Shown: positions 8,627 through 16,350 of the stretch, in pieces
Layout: each line of letters begins with the position of its first letter
Position numbering within the stretch: the first letter of the stretch is position 1
Sequence record: PV544179.1
Origin: Enterococcus phage Riverwalk
Strand: one strand, 5' to 3'
DNA length: 24,000 nucleotides
The notes under the pieces: model-generated
Told to the model about the DNA's origin: nothing
Database searches by the model: none
Seen by the model: the letters and a program-made list of their open reading frames with translations, nothing else
Program-made: the position numbers and the translations under genes

Positions 8627-9718
8627 TTATACTAAATTACCATATCCGTAGGTATTTGTTTTAGCTTGTTTAAACATGATACTCTTGATAGCTAAGTCAT
8701 TGTACTTTTCATCGTCTTCGTCATCAAGGTACACATCAACATTAACGTTCTTACCTAAAATATCGATTGTTTCATCTTTACCTACTTGTAAGTCTTTACT
8801 GTTAAATGATACATCAAAATAGATGTCGTCTTCTTTTGTACGACTACCGAATGATACTCTATCTTCAAATAAATTTAAACTTCGAGAGTTAATTACAACA
8901 GGTTGTAGCCCACCTTCAAATTGAATAGTAACTGTATAATACTGATTTTCAATATTAAGAATGTTCAAATCAGCAATAGCTTCACCAAATGAGATGCCAA
9001 AGCTTAATTCCAACGCAATTGCTCGTAAGCAATCATAGTTTAACTTAATTCTACGGCTAAACTTAACAACACTGTCAATTTCCCCATAGTAAGCTTTGTC
9101 TAACTTATCTTGCAAGTAAGTACGAATTTCGTCTGCATCAGGGTAGTCGAAACGTAAATGGTAATGGAAACGTCCCGGACGATTAAGCATAAAGTCGTTT
9201 ACACGATTTAAGTTATTAACAGTAAGTGCATAAATACGCTTGCGTTGTGATAACCCATCGAATAAGCTCAATAGTTTTTCTTGTGATTCACGACCGTCAC
9301 GGTCATTGAATACTTTTTCAAATTCATCGAACAAGATAAGAGACTCTTGGTCAATACTGTCAATAAATTATGCGATACCCGGATAAGCTTCTGTAATTAA
9401 GATAACAGGCATACCCTCTTCAATAGCTCGTTGAGATAAGATTTGAGTAAATAGTGATTTACCAATCCCTTTATCCCCACTTAAAATAACCCCTAAACTA
9501 CGATTGATTGTTTTAAATGTGTGTAGTACTTTCTCAATTTTAACTAAACGGTCACCATAAACTTTAGATTCTTTCAATTTAAAATCGTCTGTAACCGCCA
9601 ATGAGAACCCAGACATTGGGTTGAATCTAACTTTATAAGTTTGCGCAGGCAACTTATCATAAGTTTTCAGGTCGTTTGCATAAATCTCATAATTACTACC
9701 ATAATTGATTACTTTCAT
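8627..9718 (-). pseudogene. AAA-family ATPase interrupted by one in-frame TAA (9368-9370)
   Basis: Upstream piece 9368-9718 has Walker A GVILSGDKGIGKS; downstream piece in the same frame has Walker B-like SLILFDEFEK and NRPGRFHYHLRFDYPD; split only by TAA in GIA*FIDSIDQE. Confidence 0.8.
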
Positions 9719-9756
9719 ATATTCTCTCCTTAATACTTTTTAATAAATTATAAATG

Positions 9757-9838
9757 GAGAGTGATGGAGTCGCACCACCCGAGCCTAAGCAACAGATTTA
9801 CAGTCTGCTCCGCTACTACTTACGGAATAACTCTCCTT
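9757..9838 (-). tRNA. tRNA-Tyr (anticodon GTA)
   Basis: GGAGAGT/ACTCTCC acceptor, class II variable arm, loop CTGTAAA. Confidence 0.9.
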
Positions 9839-10087
9839 GAATAACCAACCAGATAGGTACCTGACACACGGACAGCACCTGTGTCTCTCTGTTACTGGCT
9901 GATTAATTGTGTATTTCGCATCACCTAATATAGTTATCAAGGTAGGACTTGACTATACTAGATTTAGCTAGGTTCTAACTATAATTTCCTATGATAGCTC
10001 CTACTACTAATCATATTTATATACAGTTAAACTACACATAACTAAACCGATTACCTTGGTTCGCATGTTAAGAGGCGCAGGCAACCA

Positions 10088-10162
10088 ATGGACATTGCAG
10101 GTCTCGAACCTGCGACCGTTCGGTTATGAGCCGAATGCTCTGACCAACTGAGCTAAACGTCC
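10088..10162 (-). tRNA. tRNA with CAT anticodon (Met; lysidine Ile2 not excluded)
   Basis: Canonical cloverleaf GGACGTT TA GCTCAGTTGGTCAGAGC ... CTCATAA ... GCAGG TTCGAGA CCTGC AATGTCC A. Confidence 0.92.
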
Positions 10163-10221
10163 GTAGGGTAGTAGCAACAATTACAAATGCTACTCTCCTG
10201 ATGATTATAAACTTATCAAAT

Positions 10222-10294
10222 CGGAAAGACAGGACTTGAACCTGCGACATCAGACTCCCAAAGCCTGCACTCTACCAAGCTGAGCTACTTTCCG
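10222..10294 (-). tRNA. tRNA-Pro (anticodon TGG)
   Basis: CGGAAAG/CTTTCCG acceptor, loop TTTGGGA, T-arm GCAGG TTCAAGT CCTGT. Confidence 0.92.
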
Positions 10295-10436
10295 GGTTAC
10301 CTGTTTAATTTGGTCTTTTAAACTACTACACACAGGTAAAGATAAACCCTCTGCCAAGGGGAGACTATCATCGAACCGTATGTAAGTTACGATGGGTAGT
10401 AGCCATATTATATTAGGTTATTAGGAAGTTTACCTA

Positions 10437-10521
10437 TGCAGAAGGCGGGAGTCGAACCCACACGTCCATTACAGACCGATGTTTCTAAGACACCGTTGTC
10501 TACCAGTTCCATCACTTCTGC
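10437..10521 (-). tRNA. tRNA-Leu (anticodon TAG)
   Basis: GCAGAAG/CTTCTGC acceptor, loop CTTAGAA, long variable arm, T-arm TTCGACT. Confidence 0.9.
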
Positions 10522-10677
10522 GGTTGTACTACCAAGGTTACCTCTAAAAGGCTAAACTCGTGTCTGGTAGGGAGCCATACCTTACATGGATTGCAAGGAA
10601 CCTAACCTCAGTAGCACCTTTTACTATTAAGGGTTTCTGATTTAACGTTTTCCCTAGACCGTACCTTAACAGTAATA

Positions 10678-10773
10678 CTGGTGAGAGGATTTGAACCCCT
10701 CTTACCTACAAGCCTCCGACAAGCGCTATGGGAAACAAGCGGTGCATTAACCATAACTATGCTAACCAGTACA
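10678..10773 (-). tRNA. Atypical class II tRNA-like gene, anticodon not assignable
   Basis: Minus strand ACTGGTTAGCATAGTTATGGTTAATGC...AGGGG TTCAAAT CCTCT CACCAGT A; D-arm GCAT/ATGC and T-arm present, anticodon region non-canonical. Confidence 0.5.
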
Positions 10774-11202
10774 CTACTGTTTTACGCAGTCCTCATACTA
10801 ATAATTCATGTGGACTCAACCCCATTCAGGGAAGTGTTAGTCTATTTTTTGGTGAGAACTGGTTAACTCCATGTACGTCAAACATTCCCTAGACTACTCA
10901 CTTACATTGTTATTTAATGTCACATGACTTATGACAGCCGTACTCAAAAGTTTCAAGGACTTTTACCTCACTATCCACCGACAGTATGCTCGGCAACGTC
11001 TTTCTAATAATAAATTACCCATCACTGTTACATTAACAGAACCATTGAATTAACGAGCAATATCAGTATTACTAAAAGTAGTCTGTCTGTGTGGTACAAG
11101 CACTAGCAGTATTACAACCTATAGTATGTCTGTTTGTCAATCGTTAAATTCTTTTACAGGAGTACTTGTTAAACTTAGGGAGGTATAACAAGTATGTGCA
11201 CA

Positions 11203-11242
11203 TAACCCGAGTGCTACTCCCTAAAGTAGCCTATACGGGTTA
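11203..11242. other. Nested hairpin in intergenic RNA region
   Basis: TAACCCG-agt-GCTAC-tccctaaa-GTAGC-ctata-CGGGTTA. Confidence 0.6.
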
Positions 11243-11243
11243 A

Positions 11244-11317
11244 CGTAGATGGAGGGAATCGAACCCCCAACCGTCCGCTTAGAAGGCGGATGCTCTATCC
11301 GATTGAGCTACACCTAC
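11244..11317 (-). tRNA. tRNA-Arg (anticodon TCT)
   Basis: GTAGGTG/CATCTAC acceptor, loop CTTCTAA, GCTCAATCGGATAGAGC D-arm, T-arm TTCGATT. Confidence 0.93.
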
Positions 11318-11400
11318 AAATTATGGGGGTAATGAGCCCCCATAATAACTCATAGTAGTTTCATCTATCGAGGATTAAAATGAATATCTAACTTGAATAA

Positions 11401-11429
11401 AGTATAACACTATTTACATAGCATGTCAA
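11401..11429 (-). promoter_or_regulatory. Consensus promoter inside tRNA/ncRNA array, reading toward tRNA-Arg
   Basis: Minus strand TTGACA (11424-11429), 17-nt spacer, TATACT (11401-11406). Confidence 0.8.
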
Positions 11430-11447
11430 CACTTTTATTAAAATAAA

Positions 11448-11542
11448 TTTCTATACCTCACTAATGCCAATGACTATACGTAAGGAGAGAACGTTGATGG
11501 CACTGGCTACTTAGTTGGCGCTAAGTTAGTGAGGTATAGAAA
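11448..11542. other. 17-bp perfect inverted repeat enclosing a 61-nt structured loop
   Basis: TTTCTATACCTCACTAA (11448-11464) / TTAGTGAGGTATAGAAA (11526-11542); additional GCCAA/TTGGC pairing inside. Confidence 0.8.
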
Positions 11543-11605
11543 GAGAACTACATTGACCGAATCGTATTATACAGCCTTAGTAGTTGTTAACAATGTTTGG
11601 AACTT

Positions 11606-11778
11606 AGTAGCTTACTGCAATAAGATACCCCGAAGCATCGGGGTGGGACTGTGGTAAGCCCCAAACCCTTGGGTATGCTCCATCCTGCCTCCGGAGAAGT
11701 CAGGCTCAATTCTCATTAGTTAAAGGTTTACTAGTTAACGGTTAGCTGATTAGTCATACTACGTAAACTACTAGTAAA
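11606..11778. other. Candidate structured RNA region
   Basis: GCTTAC...GTAAGC enclosing CCCCGA-AGCA-TCGGGG; CCTG...CAGG; TTTACTAGT (11727-11735)/ACTAGTAAA (11770-11778). Confidence 0.45.
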
Positions 11779-11802
11779 ATATAGTTTTCCAATTAAGGCT
11801 AA

Positions 11803-11874
11803 CAATCGGTAGAGGATTTGAACCCCTATTATTGGTTTTGGAGACCAACGTGTTACCAGTTACACTAACCGACT
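11803..11874 (-). tRNA. tRNA-Trp (anticodon CCA)
   Basis: AGTCGGT/ACCGATT acceptor, TTGGT CTCCAAA ACCAA anticodon arm, T-arm TTCAAAT, G73. Confidence 0.92.
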
Positions 11875-12129
11875 ATGTAAAGAAGGAAAGCGAAGACCTT
11901 CTTTACAGTAATTAAAAAAAAACAAACAAAAAAAATACAATCATGGAATCAAGGTGGGATGTAAGGAGATGCCATGTGTCCACTTACAGTGGAATAGGTA
12001 ACTACAGATTTGCACTGTTTTACATCTTGTTTAATGGTTACCTGTTAATAGCTAACTTCCAGTGATAAGTCCTCTTATATGGTAGTTCATGTAGTATTTG
12101 TTTGACAATATGGTAGCTAGCTAAAATGA

Positions 12130-12202
12130 CGACAGTAACGGGACTCGAACCCGTGTGTTCCACGCTGACAACGTGTTGGGACAGCCTCTGCCCTATACTG
12201 CC
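12130..12202 (-). tRNA. tRNA-Asp (anticodon GTC)
   Basis: GGCAGTA/TACTGTC acceptor, loop TTGTCAG, T-arm CGGG TTCGAGT CCCG, G73. Confidence 0.88.
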
Positions 12203-12204
12203 AT

Positions 12205-12290
12205 TATTTATGCCGTAGTTTTTTAGAAAGGAAAGTTTTTTTATAATATACAACAACAGTTGAAGCGCTGATGTTACTACGGCATAAATA
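12205..12290. other. 15-bp perfect inverted repeat between tRNA-Asp and the large ncRNA candidate
   Basis: TATTTATGCCGTAGT (12205-12219) / ACTACGGCATAAATA (12276-12290). Confidence 0.8.
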
Positions 12291-12303
12291 TATTTTTTAT
12301 GAG

Positions 12304-12899
12304 CTTTTAATAACTCAAAACTTAATATAATAGGGCTTTTACTCCTGCTTCATGCACACTCACTGCATTCGGTCACACACCCAGAGAGGCTGAACTATCG
12401 GGAGCTACCCAATAGCTTCTCTCTGCTTTTAATGTATGGTCTAGCACGGTGGCTAACAACGTTCACCTAAACATTCAGCATTAAATAGTATTGTTATAAG
12501 TTCTTCTTATATCATATATTTTGTAAGCTGACTTAGGCTACTTGTACCAAGGTCTCTTGTTAAACCCATATTTCTATGGTTCTCGTCAAAGGGAGTCTTT
12601 TGAGGTTTCTAAGGTCTGCCAAGTTTCTCACGCTTCCACCTAACTTAGATTCTTTTCCACAGGAACGTCTATTATATCCCCCAAGAGTCTTGTACCTTAC
12701 AATCCATGTACACTCCACATAACGCTTAACTGATACTAGCTTTTACTAGTAGTTACTCTTATGTCACCATAAGACATACCTGCTACCTAAAACACTATCG
12801 CACTCTAGGCTACATTCAGAATCACGCCACGTTATCCTAGCAAGCTGTTCAAACTTTCTGCACTAGGTTCTATTATATTAAGTTTTCAATTATCAAAAG
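12304..12899 (-). ncRNA. Candidate large ornate phage ncRNA (ROOL/GOLLD-type), strand inferred from flanking tRNAs
   Basis: 17-bp perfect closing helix (12317-12333/12870-12886; extended 27 of 30 matches), internal hairpins with GAAA and GTGA loops, noncoding, inside tRNA cluster, about 596 nt. Confidence 0.65.
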
Positions 12900-13022
12900 C
12901 AGTTTTTCTTTACTATTTAATAATAGCACAACCTCTATTATTTTGTCAACTACTTTTTTTTAGAGAGGGTGCCCCTAATTTTATATAGGGGCAAGAGATA
13001 TTAAACATAGCTGAGCTATGTA

Positions 13023-13075
13023 AAAGCTAATGTAGGAATTGAACCTACTTAATGTAAGCAACACCAGTTTAGCTT
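13023..13075 (-). other. Mini tRNA-like element B (about 53 nt, no anticodon arm)
   Basis: AAGCTAA...TTAGCTT acceptor-like stem with perfect T-arm GTAGG TTCAATT CCTAC. Confidence 0.5.
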
Positions 13076-13103
13076 ATAAGCATTGTTTGCAAAGTCCATG
13101 CTA

Positions 13104-13157
13104 TGCACTCAGTAGGAATCGAACCTATTGCCGAAGGTACCAAACTACCCTGAGTGC
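13104..13157 (-). other. Mini tRNA-like element A (54 nt, D-like arm and T-arm, no anticodon arm)
   Basis: GCACTCA G GGTAGTTTGGTACC TTCGGCA ATAGG TTCGATT CCTAC TGAGTGC A. Confidence 0.6.
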
Positions 13158-13169
13158 TCCTATAGATAT

Positions 13170-13180
13170 ATTATACCACA
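13170..13180 (-). promoter_or_regulatory. Extended -10 promoter upstream of the tRNA-like/ncRNA array
   Basis: Minus strand TGTGGTATAAT; first base of mini-element A lies about 13 nt downstream. Confidence 0.65.
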
Positions 13181-13279
13181 TAACGAGATATTAATTTTTT
13201 TTGGTGATATAGTATATCTATATTTTTTAAAATTTTAGAAATACCTTTGATACATTCCGGTTATCCAACGTATGAATAT

Positions 13280-13308
13280 ATAATATCATGTTATTCTGAT
13301 TGTGTCAA
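13280..13308 (-). promoter_or_regulatory. Promoter upstream of tRNA/ncRNA array
   Basis: Minus strand TTGACA, 17-nt spacer, TATTAT. Confidence 0.7.
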
Positions 13309-13340
13309 TAACTTTTTTACATTTTTTTTTATAATTGTGT

Positions 13341-13643
13341 AATGTCCTATTTCTTTTTTTCTGATTCCTTATATTTATAATATATACTATATAGTACTAT
13401 ATATATATTAATTACTATTAGATATTATATATAGATAATAAGAATCTAGGAAATTTAAAATAGGACATTCTAATGCTGACTCAGTTACAATAAACTTATG
13501 GTGGCTACCTTTTTACAAAAATGTCCTATTTCATTTTTTCTATCTCCTTATATTATTATTTATAATATATAGTATTAAGTATTATATATTATTATATATA
13601 TAGTATATAATATAAGAAAGACAAAAATTTAAAATAGGACATT
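13341..13643. repeat. Duplicated AT-rich module with 12-bp inverted borders
   Basis: AATGTCCTATTT at 13341-13352 and 13520-13531; AAATAGGACATT at 13458-13469 and 13632-13643. Confidence 0.85.
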
Positions 13644-13651
13644 TTACTTAA

Positions 13652-13683
13652 ACAAAAAAAAAGAGAGCAGTTAAGCCCTCTTA
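13652..13683 (-). terminator. Terminator of 13681-14019 gene
   Basis: Minus strand AAGAGGGCTTAACTGCTCTCTTTTTTTTT. Confidence 0.7.
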
Positions 13684-14019
13684 TCTTAATGAGAAATAGT
13701 TATTAATTGTTCCCAATCTGACTTCCTCATCTTCTGGTGTTTCATCCTCTGGTTTCGTATACAAGCTAGTGATTCTTTCTGGAACATCTACTACGTTCTC
13801 AGTAGCTGTCTGTATCTGGAATGCATTTACATAAGTTAACTCAGAATCTCTATCAGCTAGTTTATGAACTGGAATCATTGGCAACTCTGCACCTTTCATT
13901 GCACCATTTACAATTGACATTGCATCATTAGTTGTTACATCGAGTCTTCTAGGGAACACAGAATATGTCCCAGATGTTAATGAAACCTCTACAACTTTCT
14001 CTCTTTTAGGGTAATTCAT
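13681..14019 (-). CDS. Hypothetical protein (112 aa)
   Basis: ORF track; good SD (AAGGAG) upstream. Confidence 0.7.
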   Translation of the reverse strand: MNYPKREKVVEVSLTSGTYSVFPRRLDVTTNDAMSIVNGAMKGAELPMIPVHKLADRDSELTYVNAFQIQTATENVVDVPERITSLYTKPEDETPEDEEVRLGTINNYFSLR

Positions 14020-14082
14020 GATACTTCTCCTTTCAAAATATGTTATAATAATACTATATACTATAATAACACATTTTACAAA

Positions 14083-14427
14083 TTACTTAAACATGCTGAA
14101 CACGTAAGTGACAACTGCTCCTAAGACAATCATAAAAACGTTCTCTACAATATCCCTCTTGTGGTCGAACTCTTTATCGTTTACTCCTTCCAGTGCATCT
14201 ATAGTTTCTTCCAACTTAGTAATCTGGTAGGTTAGGTGTGCATATTTTTCTTCGTGAACAGCAAGTCGCTTATCAAGACTATTGACAATATCTCTCAACT
14301 CACTAACCGCACTATTCAGTTCTACATTGTCCTGTTTAATGCCCTTCTCGGTTAGCTCTCCATGTTGGAGTTTATCTTCCAGTCGTTGTAGTCTTAAAAC
14401 AAGGTCATTTACTTGGTAATCGTTCAT
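14083..14427 (-). CDS. Coiled-coil protein with C-terminal TM segment (XhlA-like architecture)
   Basis: 114 aa; heptad-rich body, C-terminal NVFMIVLGAVVTYVFSMFK. Confidence 0.65.
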   Translation of the reverse strand: MNDYQVNDLVLRLQRLEDKLQHGELTEKGIKQDNVELNSAVSELRDIVNSLDKRLAVHEEKYAHLTYQITKLEETIDALEGVNDKEFDHKRDIVENVFMIVLGAVVTYVFSMFK

Positions 14428-14461
14428 ATATGCTCCTCCCTGTAAGTTATGTTGCTCTATA

Positions 14462-14722
14462 TTAGTCAGATGTAAACCACAGACAGACTAATATACCTAT
14501 AATAGCGCCTACCGTGTAGACTATAGGTATATAGTACCCATTAAAAAACAAGTATAGACTACCTATACTAATTCCATAGAGCACGAAAGTGAACTTGTAT
14601 GATGCCAAAGGGCTCAGTTCTGCTTGTAGTTTCTTATACTGTAGTGCACGAGTGACATAGTAGGACATCAAGTAAACAAACATTTGTAGTAACAGTACAC
14701 AGACCAGTGCTGTTTCATACAT
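14462..14722 (-). CDS. Small multi-TM membrane protein (86 aa)
   Basis: Hydrophobic segments ALVCVLLLQMFVYLMSYYV, FVLYGISIGSLYLFF, YTVGAIIGILVCLWF. Confidence 0.65.
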   Translation of the reverse strand: MYETALVCVLLLQMFVYLMSYYVTRALQYKKLQAELSPLASYKFTFVLYGISIGSLYLFFNGYYIPIVYTVGAIIGILVCLWFTSD

Positions 14723-14829
14723 TATGTTGTTCCCTCCTCTCCCTTAGAGCTACTATTAATATAGTACACTGAGCTGTTAGCAAACAGGTGTGCTAAATTA
14801 ATATAGAGACTAAAAATGTAGACGGGAGA

Positions 14830-15108
14830 GTGGTAAAAATGGATAATAGCAAACGAATTATTAAAAAAATTATTTTTATTACCATCTCTGCATTAGTCAT
14901 GGTTACTTTAAGTAAGCTGTTCTCTAAATATGTTATTGTAGAACAAAATGCCCCATTTCAGGCATTAGTTGGCGGTGCCTCGTGTGCACTGTTATCTAGT
15001 ATTCTGTTTGACTGGTATACTAATAAAAAGAAAAAAGAGAACGTAGAGAATCAACTTAAAGAAGCAATCAGTGACTTGCAGAAGATTAAAGCTATCATAA
15101 AAAGATAG
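14830..15108 (+). CDS. Small membrane protein (92 aa)
   Basis: Two hydrophobic segments; likely start MDNSKR at 14839. Confidence 0.65.
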   Translation: MVKMDNSKRIIKKIIFITISALVMVTLSKLFSKYVIVEQNAPFQALVGGASCALLSSILFDWYTNKKKKENVENQLKEAISDLQKIKAIIKR

Positions 15109-15119
15109 CCTATTAGGAG

Positions 15120-15407
15120 GTGGGGTGGGTGTCTATTACCAATAAAGACATTAAGGATAAACGTAGATATATTTTTAGTCAATCTAGTAAAACAACAACT
15201 ATAAAAAGAGGGGACAAACGCATAAGTAGTGCAACAAGAATATGTGCAGTTTGTGGAAGACCGCTATCTAAGCTCGTATTAAGAACAGGCGTACCAACAG
15301 TAGTAGTAGACCATATTAGCTGTAAGATTTCAGACATTGTTAGACTAAATGTCTGTGAGGATATAAGGTCTTGTTATGCGTATTCTAGTAAGAAAGGGGA
15401 AAGCTAG
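15120..15407 (+). CDS. Small zinc-ribbon-like protein
   Basis: RICAVCGRP...HISCK; SD AGGAGG just upstream; GTG start at 15129 also plausible. Confidence 0.55.
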   Translation: MGWVSITNKDIKDKRRYIFSQSSKTTTIKRGDKRISSATRICAVCGRPLSKLVLRTGVPTVVVDHISCKISDIVRLNVCEDIRSCYAYSSKKGES

Positions 15408-15410
15408 CTA

Positions 15411-15839
15411 ATGGGTATGGCAGATAGACTTAAAGATAATGCAAAACAAAAAAAGTTAGAAAGAACACCAGAGCAACAACTAAGAGACACATTTAATCAA
15501 GCTTCAATAAAGCTTATCAATCAATTTATGGCTAACGTTACATCAGGTGCTATAGAAGTTGATGATATTGCAGATTTAACAAGGCTATTTCAGATTTATT
15601 TACAGGTTAATAATATAAATGATGGAATGCAAGAAGGTACAGGAACTCTACCTGCACTTACATCTGAGCATAAAGACATCATATCTGAAAAGGTTAGCAC
15701 AGAAAAGATTATTAAGGACGGTGAAGAAGAGGAGCTAATTTCTCTTGATGAGTTAGCCAGTCTTCCAGATGACCAACTTGAGGAAGTCTTAGTTAACAGA
15801 GAGCTACAGATGAACAGAGAGAACGAGGCGACCTTCTAA
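15411..15839 (+). CDS. Hypothetical protein immediately upstream of terL (position suggests, but does not prove, a small-terminase role)
   Basis: 142 aa, stop overlaps the terL start. Confidence 0.65.
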   Translation: MGMADRLKDNAKQKKLERTPEQQLRDTFNQASIKLINQFMANVTSGAIEVDDIADLTRLFQIYLQVNNINDGMQEGTGTLPALTSEHKDIISEKVSTEKIIKDGEEEELISLDELASLPDDQLEEVLVNRELQMNRENEATF

Positions 15840-16106
15840 TGACGACAAAAGCACAACATATAGCTAAAATGGCTAAAGAGATGTATGGTACAGATAAAAT
15901 TACAACGGAGCAGTTAGCTTATATAACAGATATGCTGACCCCATCAACGTACCTATTGAGAAATCACTCTGTGCGTAATCACCCAATAACTTTTATTATA
16001 TCAGGAAGGGATGCAACAAAAGCACAGGCACATCGACCTTGGCAACCAAAGATAATAAATGACCAACATAGAGACAAGGCAATAATTAAATCAAGACAGC
16101 TAGGGT
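15839..16106 (+). CDS. terL: Terminase large subunit, exon 1
   Basis: Ends at ...KSRQLG + T; continues in exon 2 to restore KSRQLGLSEMGVGSML. Confidence 0.85.
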
Positions 16107-16350
16107 TAAGATTAGCCCCTTTATAAAGCAATTTGTAAAGAAAACTCTGTTAAACGGGCATAGCTGAATAATCAATAAGCTGATAAGAGAACCTAAGTCC
16201 TGAAAAGGATAGAGGCAATCCCGTGCTAAATCAGTGCAAAGCACTGTAAATGCCTAACGACTAAATTTCTAGGTAGCTAACCAAACGGGGTTAGTGAGAA
16301 CTAGATAAGAAAATATATTTTCTTACGATGCCAACTGACAAAATTTAATG

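Noticed and set aside
10068-10250. Minus ORF 10068-10250
   Set aside because: Runs through tRNA-Met; the peptide is a translation of the tRNA.
10681-10866. Plus ORF 10681-10866
   Set aside because: Overlaps the tRNA-like gene on the opposite strand; fortuitous.
8530-12202. Suppressor tRNA explaining the ATPase TAA
   Set aside because: Readable anticodons are TGT, GTA, CAT, TGG, TAG, TCT, CCA and GTC; the one written TAG is the anticodon of tRNA-Leu (reads CUA), not a suppressor. None reads UAA.
12038-12256. Minus ORF 12038-12256
   Set aside because: Runs through tRNA-Asp (peptide SVEHTGSSPVTV reflects the tRNA).
12966-12994. Hairpin GCCCCTA...TAGGGGC as a terminator of the minus-strand array
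   Set aside because: Good stem, but on the minus strand it is followed by ACCCTCTC rather than a T tract, so terminator function is not supported, though a structural role is possible.
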